Shown piece after piece: positions 57,294 through 64,000 of a stretch of 64,000 nucleotides of DNA (its first letter is position 1; the number at the start of each line of letters is the position of its first letter). The stretch covers positions 1,888,001-1,952,000 of the forward strand of contig OY761158.1 in assembly GCA_963664405.1 (NCBI GenBank), read 5' to 3'. Source of the stretch: Thermoanaerobaculia bacterium. Its GTDB lineage: Bacteria; Acidobacteriota; Thermoanaerobaculia; Multivoradales; Multivoraceae. Both the position numbers and the translations under genes were made by a program. Below the pieces are notes generated by a model, which worked only from the letters and a program-made list of their open reading frames with translations, did not search any database and was not told where the DNA came from.

Positions 57294-58647
57294 CTACCCG
57301 GTCGGAGACGCCCCGCCCGGCTCCGCGGCCATCCACCACGACTCGATCCCGGGGTAGAAGAGAATCGGCCCGGAGGCGGAGAGCTCGACCCCGCGCAGCT
57401 TGTTGCTGAACGCCCACAGCAGGTTGTAGTCGTAGATCCAGGGGGTCGGCTGATCGTCGTAGAGGATATCTTCTGGATCTCCTGGTAGAGCGGACGACGC
57501 TCTTCGCGGTCCAATACGGAGCGGGCCTGCTCGAAGAGCTCGTCGACTCTCGGGTTCGAGTAGCCGCCCCAGTTGTAGCCGCTGTCGTAGCCCTCGGTAG
57601 TCCAATAGATCGACCACTCGTCGGGGTCGCTGGTGACCTCGACCACATTGATGAAGGCATCGAACTCGTGGGAGCGCAGGCTTTCACCCCGAAGCTCCGG
57701 AAACCCTCGTCGTTGGTCTGGGTCGCAAACTGTTGGCCGGAGAGGTTGATCTCGTCGAGCTCCCCCTTCTTGAACAGCAGGAGAGCGACGTTGGTGTCGG
57801 GGATGACTCTGAGCACCTGTCGTTTGAAGCGGGCCTTCTCGAAGGGATAGTCGTCCCAGCGCTCCACCACCACCTTGTCGTTGTTGTGCCACTCGACGAA
57901 ACGGTAGGGGCCGCTGCCGACGATCTTTCGCCGCGCACGGTCGCTGTAAAACGTACTACTGCGCATGCTCGGATCGCTCGCGCGCTCCGCCGGGTTGTCG
58001 AACTCATGCTTGGGGATGACCGGGAACGACATGTCCCGCAATCGGGTCGGCAGCGCATCGTGGTGGCGGTACTCGACGGTGTGGTCGTCGAGGGCCCGCA
58101 CCGAGGCCAGACGCTCGGCGCTGCGCTTGTAAAAGAGCGCAGGGACACTGTCGTCCGAGATCACTTCGAAGCTGAAGGCGATGTCGTGTGCGGTCCAGGG
58201 GGTGCCATCATGCCAACGCGCCTCGGGTCGCAGCTTCAAAGTGAAAGTCCTGTGATTCTCCGACTCCTCCCAGGACTCGACCACCGTCGGATTGATCTCG
58301 GTCACCAGCTCCCTATTGCGCCGAATCGGGTTGAGGAACAACAGGAAGTGCATGTAGTGGTCTTGCCACGGCACGTTGAAGATCGGATTGAGCGTGGTCG
58401 GGTCGCCGCCGATGTGACGCTTCAGCGTCGCGTCGTGGTCGACGAGATCGGGGTTGTCGACCGGATAGGGATCGAAGAGGAAGCTGGGATTGACCAGCTC
58501 ATCCTGGAGTGGGTCGTAGACTGGTGCCGACTCGGCAGGGCGGCGCCCTGGTACCTCAGAGGAGCAGGCTAGAGCCAGCGCGGCAGACCCAAAGATCACC
58601 GACCAAGTGAGCCATGGTCTCTCGCGGGTGGCTCGACCATCGAACAT
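57294..58647 (-). pseudogene. ABC peptide-type substrate-binding lipoprotein (family 5), broken
   Basis: LAC lipobox, DPTTLNP, WHDGTPWTAHD and GSGPYRF. Frame changes occur near 57680 (with an apparent deletion) and 57468. C-terminal YSNPRVDELF and ILYDDQP lie in other frames. Confidence 0.85.
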
Positions 58648-58656
58648 CTTCTTAGG

Positions 58657-59046
58657 CTATACCAGCTCCACATCGGCGTCGTGCGGCGCTACGGCCAGTC
58701 GCCGGTCGCGCGTCAGGAGGGTGGCGTCGAGCGTCTCCGCTAAAGCAACGTAGGCCGCGTCGTAGGCCGTCAGATTCGCCCGCAGCTGCCAGATCCGCGG
58801 CAGCAACAACCGATGTGAGTAGCGCTCGACAGCGATGTCGGAGAGATCCCTCAACAAAGCCGCCCCTCGAACTTCATCGAGATCGCCGAGTCGCTCGTAG
58901 CGACGTACGACCTGCGCCACCTCGATGTCGAGCAGCTCCGGAGCGTGCAACGTCTCTTCACCCTCGAAGATCCGCCTGGCTATGTCGACGCCCGAGTCAG
59001 TCAGCATCAGTAGCTCGACCAGAGCGGACGCATCGATGACGATCAC
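58657..59046 (-). CDS. vapC: VapC-family PIN toxin
   Basis: MIVIDASA, APELLDIEV, TAYDAAYVALAE and LLTRD motifs. Confidence 0.92.
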   Translation of the reverse strand: MIVIDASALVELLMLTDSGVDIARRIFEGEETLHAPELLDIEVAQVVRRYERLGDLDEVRGAALLRDLSDIAVERYSHRLLLPRIWQLRANLTAYDAAYVALAETLDATLLTRDRRLAVAPHDADVELV

Positions 59047-59273
59047 CGAGAATCTCTGATCTCGCGCACGATCTCGGCGACGGGAGTGCTGGGTGAGACC
59101 GGCGTGCGAGAGCCGAGGCGCTCCAGGAACTCTTCCGGTGTCGGACGATCTGAAGACTTCCGAATCTCGGCAAGTAGGTAGTCCGAAAGGGTCATCCCCG
59201 CTTGCGCCGCTCGCGCCTTGAGCGTGCGATGAAGAGAATCGGGCACGTTCCTGATCTGAATCATCTTTGACAT
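59043..59273 (-). CDS. FitA-like RHH antitoxin
   Basis: MSKMIQIRNVPDSLHRTLKARAAQAGMTLSDYL; overlaps the vapC start. Confidence 0.88.
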   Translation of the reverse strand: MSKMIQIRNVPDSLHRTLKARAAQAGMTLSDYLLAEIRKSSDRPTPEEFLERLGSRTPVSPSTPVAEIVREIRDSR

Positions 59274-59310
59274 GTAATAACGATATTCACATGTGGTCAA
59301 CATGTCAAAG
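59265..59310 (-). promoter_or_regulatory. Leaderless sigma70 promoter with an operator inverted repeat
   Basis: Minus strand TTGACA-17-TATCGT-6-ATG; perfect inverted repeat CTTTGACATGT/ACATGTCAAAG plus a third ACATGT. Confidence 0.65.
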
Positions 59311-59380
59311 TCGGTCACCTCACTGAAAAAGGGTCAGGAAGGCCCGCGTTTGATGTAGCCAGCAGTCGAGAAACCGGCTC

Positions 59381-59776
59381 TCAGCCGTCGAAGGGGTTGA
59401 CCACAGGAATCCCGCACCCCTCGAAGTCGGCAATGTTGCGAGTGGCGAGGGCCAGCTGGTGAACCTGCGACGTCGCGGCGATAAGCATGTCGGCCTGGGT
59501 TCGCTGGCGTCCCGCGCTGCGGAACGTGCCTCGCAGTTGGCCGGCGCGACGCGCGATGCCTTCGGTCACGGGCAAAACGACGCAGCCGTCTGCGAGAAAG
59601 CTTGAGAACCAGGCCTCGATCTCGTCATTGGGTCGCCAGGAGAGGCCGTAGCTAACCTCCTCGAGCGTGACTACGCTGATCGAGAGGGGCAACGAAACGG
59701 CTCGGGCCCACCGCACCACACTCGGATCAGGAACCGGACGAGCGAGCTCGCTCAACACATTGGTGTCAACGAGCAT
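59381..59776 (-). CDS. vapC: VapC-family PIN toxin
   Basis: MLVDTNVLSEL, ISVVTLEEV, ADMLIAAT and LATRNIADF motifs. Confidence 0.92.
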   Translation of the reverse strand: MLVDTNVLSELARPVPDPSVVRWARAVSLPLSISVVTLEEVSYGLSWRPNDEIEAWFSSFLADGCVVLPVTEGIARRAGQLRGTFRSAGRQRTQADMLIAATSQVHQLALATRNIADFEGCGIPVVNPFDG

Positions 59777-60054
59777 CAGCAATCCTGGTCGTCCCAACCA
59801 ACCCGATCCCGACGTTCCCCGGTGTCGAGCTCGTAGTCGTAACGAGCGCAAAGCTCACGGATCTCGTCGCACGCATCCCCGAGTGTGCGCCGGTGTCTGG
59901 CCTCCTGCCAGCGCAGAAACTCGCAAAAGACGTCAGCGGAGATCACGGCCGCCACCAGCCGATTACGCCGATAGATCTGCTGTGGCTCGGCCTCGCTCCG
60001 TCTCAGCACCTCCGAGAACTGCTGCTTCGCCTCTCCTGTCAGCCATCTGCTCAT
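59776..60054 (-). CDS. Phd/YefM-family antitoxin
   Basis: WLTGEAKQQFSEVLRRS..PQQIYRRNRLVAAVIS; its stop overlaps the vapC start. Confidence 0.85.
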   Translation of the reverse strand: MSRWLTGEAKQQFSEVLRRSEAEPQQIYRRNRLVAAVISADVFCEFLRWQEARHRRTLGDACDEIRELCARYDYELDTGERRDRVGWDDQDC

Positions 60055-60086
60055 CTTGTCTATATTAGACTCCTTTTATAGACAAG
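60055..60086 (-). promoter_or_regulatory. Operator inverted repeat over the toxin-antitoxin promoter
   Basis: Perfect inverted repeat CTTGTCTATA-12-TATAGACAAG immediately before the antitoxin ATG. Confidence 0.65.
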
Positions 60087-60094
60087 TCGAGCAC

Positions 60095-60523
60095 TCAGTC
60101 CGAGACACCAGAAACAGCGCTCACCTGCTCTAGCGGCACCCGAACGAGAACCTCCCCTTCAACCGCGTTTCTCTTGCCGTAGACGTCCGCACGCTCCTCG
60201 CCGACGTATCTCGCAGCGATCCGTCTGGACCAGGGGAAGAGCTCTTCGGGGCTGAGCTCCTCGATCGTTGCGCTTCCCTGAATCAAGACAAACGCATAGG
60301 GAAACGACTCTTCATCGACGCTGATCATGACCCGCGGGTCGCGGCTCATGTTCTTGCCCTTGACCGTGCTCAGCCCGGTCATGAAGACCAGCTCGTCCTG
60401 ATCGACGACAAACCACACCGGTGCCACGTGGGGCCGCCCGTCCGAGCGCACCGTCGCCAGCTTGGCGGTTCGACGGCCTCGATCGAGAAAGGCGCGCCAC
60501 TCTTCAGGCTCCATTTGCTTCAT
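60095..60523 (-). CDS. PPOX-class (F420/flavin-binding) oxidoreductase
   Basis: AKLATVRSDGRPHVAPVWF and KGKNMSRDPRV motifs; GAGGAAGGAG RBS. Confidence 0.88.
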   Translation of the reverse strand: MKQMEPEEWRAFLDRGRRTAKLATVRSDGRPHVAPVWFVVDQDELVFMTGLSTVKGKNMSRDPRVMISVDEESFPYAFVLIQGSATIEELSPEELFPWSRRIAARYVGEERADVYGKRNAVEGEVLVRVPLEQVSAVSGVSD

Positions 60524-60633
60524 GCTCACTCCTTCCTCAAACGATCCAGGTTCCATGCCCCCGACGTAACCCATGGGGGGCGGAGATACAATAGCTCTTC
60601 CCCCTCGCCTCCAAAAGACTCGCTCTAGCTGAT

Positions 60634-61203
60634 ATGGCGACCCCATCTCATCAGATCACTCAGATCCTCGACGCAATGGGTTCCGGCGACTCGGATGCCG
60701 CGGACAGGCTCCTTCCCCTCGTCTACGACGAGCTGCGCGGCATCGCCAGGGCCTTCATGGCGAAGGAGAAGCCCGGCCAGACTCTCCAGCCGACCGCTCT
60801 GGTTCACGAAGCCTACATCCGTCTCTTGGGTAAGGACGCTCCACGCTGGGACAACCGGGCCCACTTCTTCACCGCCGCCGCCGAGGCGATGCGCCGCATC
60901 CTGATCGAGAACGCGCGCCACAAGACGGCCCTCAAAAGGGGCGGCGACCAGCTGCGCATCACCCTCGGTGATGTCGCCGACGGAGAGTCCGCCCGCTTCG
61001 AGGAGTTGCTGGCCCTCGACGAGGCGCTCCAGCGGCTCGAGGAGAGAGACGCGGCGATGGCTCAGGTGGTCAAGCTGCGCTACTTCGCCGGGCTGACCGT
61101 CGAGGAGACGGCGAAAGCACTCGACACTTCCCCGCGTTCGGTCAACCGCCATTGGACGGCGGCGCGGGCCTGGCTGCGGAGAGAGTTGTCGAGCGCGAGC
61201 TAA
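60634..61203 (+). CDS. ECF-type sigma factor (kinase-associated, ECF43-like)
   Basis: LVYDELRGIA, TLQPTALVHEAYIRL, VVKLRYFAGL and WTAARAWL motifs. Confidence 0.93.
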   Translation: MATPSHQITQILDAMGSGDSDAADRLLPLVYDELRGIARAFMAKEKPGQTLQPTALVHEAYIRLLGKDAPRWDNRAHFFTAAAEAMRRILIENARHKTALKRGGDQLRITLGDVADGESARFEELLALDEALQRLEERDAAMAQVVKLRYFAGLTVEETAKALDTSPRSVNRHWTAARAWLRRELSSAS

Positions 61204-61225
61204 GACCTCTGCCTCCGGGCAGAGT

Positions 61226-61254
61226 TGGCGTACAACGCGGCAAATCTGCGCATG
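61226..61254 (+). promoter_or_regulatory. Putative ECF promoter upstream of kinase 2
   Basis: TGGC gtacaacgcggcaaatctg CGCATG. Confidence 0.5.
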
Positions 61255-61298
61255 TAAGTGTGGAGCGGCCTCAGCAGAGACCCGCTGCTAGACTCGTC

Positions 61299-64000
61299 AT
61301 GTCTTCCATGCCCCCATCGTCTTCACCAGACAGGCGCTGGCACCGCCAGTGGGACCTCTTTCACGAGGCCCTCGAGCTCGACCCCTCCGAGCGCAAAGCC
61401 TTTCTGGCGCAAGCTGGTGGCGACGACCTCGAACTCGTCGCAGAAGTCGTCGCTCTCCTCGAAGCCCACGAGGATGGACCCACGGTTCTCGACCGACCGC
61501 CGCCAGACGCAGTCGCAGCGACGGTGGAAGACGGCGGTGCGACACGGACGACGCAAACTCTTGCGCAGCAGGGGCTTACACCCGGCCAGGTTTTGGCGAA
61601 CCGCTTCGAGATAGGCCGGCTGCTCGGCCGAGGCGGGATGGGAGCGGTCTACGAGGCAACAGACCGAGAGCTCGGTACTCGGGTGGCACTCAAGATCCTG
61701 CGGCCCGAGATCGCTTCGAGCGAGAGGGCTCATGCTCGTTTTCGGCGCGAGATCACGCTCGCCCGCCGAGTCACCCACCCTAACGCCTGCCGGGTCTTCG
61801 ACCTCTTCCAAGCGGATGGGCTCGCCTTCCTCACCATGGAACTGCTCGACGGCGAGACCCTCCACGCGAGGCTTGCCCGGGACGGACGCCTCGACCTCGA
61901 AGAGGCCCGCCTCATCACCGAACAGATCGTGGCGGCACTCGAGGCCGTCCACCGCGAAGGGGTCATCCATCGCGATCTCAAAACTTCGAACGTGATGCTG
62001 GTCGCCGACGGCGAAAGCACTCGAGCCGTCGTCACCGACTTCGGCCTGGCAACCAGCCGTCATCACGACGACAGCGAAGAGACCCAGCTCACGCGGTCGG
62101 GCGAGCTTCTGGGTACGCCCGCCTACATGTCTCCTGAACAGTTGGAAAACGGAGCGATCACCGAGGCCACCGATGTCTACGCGCTCGGGCTGACTCTGTA
62201 CGAGATGGTGACCGGCAAGGCACCGTTCATCGGTGACACTCCCTTCTCGGTGGCGGCACTGCGTCTCGCCGGTACTGCGCCGTCGCCGCGGAGGGAGGTG
62301 CCGGGCCTCGACCGCACCTGGGAACGAACCATCCTCCGCTGTCTCGAGAAAGAACCTGTCGATCGCTTTCAAACCCCGCGCGAAGTGCTCGAAGCTTTGG
62401 AAGGCGACCGACCCCCTGTTGTTTTCTCGAAGAGACGCCACCGGATGCGGCAGCTGGTGTGGGCCTTGCCCGCCGCGATTCTCACCTCGCTGGCGGTGAC
62501 CGGGCTCTGGCTGGCGCTGGTCGCGGATCCTAGAGGCCAGGCCCTGGTCGCTGAGACCCTCTCGTTCGAGGAGCGCGACGCCGTTCTGATTGGAGAGTTC
62601 GAGAACCAGAGCGGCGACCCTGACTTCGACGGCACGCTCGAGGCTGCCTTGACACGCGAGCTCGCCAACTCCACCTTCGTCACCGTCGCTTCGCGCCTGC
62701 GCATCGAGGACACGTTGCTGCTCATGAAGCTACCGGTGGACACGCCGCTGACCGACGAGACTGCCCGCGAGCTTGCCGTTCGCGACGGCGGCGTGCGGGG
62801 CATCTTGTCCGGGACCGTGGACCGGGTGGGTAGCTCCACCATTCTCAGCGCCGATCTGATCGCACCGAGAGATGGAGCCGTAGTGGCAAGTCTGAGCGAG
62901 GAGATTGCCGACGGCGAAGAGCCGATCCACGCCTTGCGCCGCCTCTCCCGAGGCGTGCGTCAGCTGCTCGGCGAAGAGTTGGTCTCCATCGAGAAAAGCG
63001 AGCTCGAGCTGGCGAAGGTATCGACACCTTCGCTGCGTGCACTGAAGCTTTACAGCCAGGCGGACGCGATGCACATCGGCCGTGGGCAATTGGCAGTCAA
63101 GGAGCAGCTCCTACGCGACACGATCGTCGAGGATCCGGACTTCGCTTCGGCCTATCTCGAGCTAGCCCACGTCACCACGCTGAGTGCGATGCGCGGCAAC
63201 GAGACCGGCGGCTGGGCTGAAACCCACGGCCTTGCCAAGCGGGCTATGGAGCTCTCGGACAACACCCCGGATCGCGAGCGCTATTACATTCGCGGCCGTT
63301 TCTACCACCTCTTCTTCGAGGAAGACGGTTGGCCGATGGACCCCAAGCGTCTCGACCGGGCACGGGCGAACTACGAAGCTCTGCTGCGTCTCTACCCCGA
63401 CCACTACGATGCCAATCTCGCCATGGCCGGCATTACTTCGGACGGGGGCGAGAATCGCCTCGCGGGCATCCCCTACACGGTTCGCGCTGCCGCTCAACGA
63501 CCGAACGACTTCGAGAGCAACTTCGATGTGGCCCATCAGCTGGCCTCCTGGGCCAACCGTTTCGACGAAGCCCAGCCCTTCGTCGAGCGCGCCATCCAAA
63601 TAACCGCGGAGGAAGTGCACGAGTGGAAGGGGTATGAAGCCACCTGGGCTCGCTTCTTCGCTGCCCATCGCGCATGGATGAGTGGTGACGTCGGCGGCAT
63701 GCGAGAGGATCTCGAGCGCGCGGCCGAGCGGCTGCAAGAGGCCCCGCCCCACGTCGCCGGTTGGACGCGATCCGCGCTGCAAGACGGATATCGCGGACTC
63801 GGGCTCCGCAGCGAATTGTCGCGGCTCGAGATGGGCGGCGGCTCCTGGCTGGGAGTTGACGCTTACTTCGACGGCGACGACGAGGCCGTACTCAGGCATC
63901 TCGGCGGCGCAGCGCACGAGGACCGCGGCTGGTCGAGCTTCATCCTGCATGACCCGGTCCGTGTCGCCTACCTGGCTCGGTCCGGGTTTACCGACGAGGC
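61299..64000 (+). CDS. Membrane Ser/Thr protein kinase with a TPR region, running off the window end
   Basis: Absent from the ORF track because no stop occurs in the window. Translated by hand: MSSMPPSS..WDLFHEALEL, LGRGGMGAVY, HRDLKTSNV, DFGLA, GTPAYMSPEQ; colinear with 46271..49483. Confidence 0.9.
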   Translation, partial: MSSMPPSSSPDRRWHRQWDLFHEALELDPSERKAFLAQAGGDDLELVAEVVALLEAHEDGPTVLDRPPPDAVAATVEDGGATRTTQTLAQQGLTPGQVLANRFEIGRLLGRGGMGAVYEATDRELGTRVALKILRPEIASSERAHARFRREITLARRVTHPNACRVFDLFQADGLAFLTMELLDGETLHARLARDGRLDLEEARLITEQIVAALEAVHREGVIHRDLKTSNVMLVADGESTRAVVTDFGLATSRHHDDSEETQLTRSGELLGTPAYMSPEQLENGAITEATDVYALGLTLYEMVTGKAPFIGDTPFSVAALRLAGTAPSPRREVPGLDRTWERTILRCLEKEPVDRFQTPREVLEALEGDRPPVVFSKRRHRMRQLVWALPAAILTSLAVTGLWLALVADPRGQALVAETLSFEERDAVLIGEFENQSGDPDFDGTLEAALTRELANSTFVTVASRLRIEDTLLLMKLPVDTPLTDETARELAVRDGGVRGILSGTVDRVGSSTILSADLIAPRDGAVVASLSEEIADGEEPIHALRRLSRGVRQLLGEELVSIEKSELELAKVSTPSLRALKLYSQADAMHIGRGQLAVKEQLLRDTIVEDPDFASAYLELAHVTTLSAMRGNETGGWAETHGLAKRAMELSDNTPDRERYYIRGRFYHLFFEEDGWPMDPKRLDRARANYEALLRLYPDHYDANLAMAGITSDGGENRLAGIPYTVRAAAQRPNDFESNFDVAHQLASWANRFDEAQPFVERAIQITAEEVHEWKGYEATWARFFAAHRAWMSGDVGGMREDLERAAERLQEAPPHVAGWTRSALQDGYRGLGLRSELSRLEMGGGSWLGVDAYFDGDDEAVLRHLGGAAHEDRGWSSFILHDPVRVAYLARSGFTDE

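Noticed and set aside
56426-57892. ORFs 56426..57289 (+) and 56435..57892 (-) as genuine novel proteins
   Set aside because: Each is a chimera of pseudogene fragments and antisense sequence across deletion junctions.
1-64000. tRNA, rRNA, riboswitch or integron attC sites
   Set aside because: No cloverleaf, rRNA-like segment or recognisable riboswitch was found by eye in the short intergenic regions. The palindromes lack the RYYYAAC/GTTRRRY attC ends and no integrase is present. A covariance-model scan was not possible.

Overview
High-GC bacterial window. The gene content (ECF sigma/Ser-Thr kinase pairs, PQQ dehydrogenase, triple-adaptor MacAB-type exporter, cytochrome c/Cu-monooxygenase-like protein) resembles Acidobacteriota; that taxonomy is inference. 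Layout: (1) 1-11.8 kb, a surface-glycan modification locus with glycosyltransferases, three APH-like kinase domains, two sulfotransferases, a GNAT and a GINT1-like propeller. (2) 12-19.7 kb, an ABC exporter operon with three periplasmic adaptors, bracketed by two paralogous cupredoxin lipoprotein genes. (3) 19.7-42 kb, hydrolase, oxidoreductase and housekeeping genes (ettA, ggt, others) interspersed with two families of CTAG-bounded palindromic repeats. (4) 42195-45584, an intact 3390-bp IS21-family element with inverted repeats and a 5-bp target duplication, carrying two uncharacterised accessory genes and a structured leader. (5) 45.6-64 kb, two ECF sigma/kinase pairs sharing a putative promoter motif, three toxin-antitoxin modules (one flanked by a duplicated glutaredoxin 3' end) and several genes damaged by deletions or frameshifts. 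No rRNA, tRNA or CRISPR array was seen. All family calls rest on motif recognition by eye; no searches were run.
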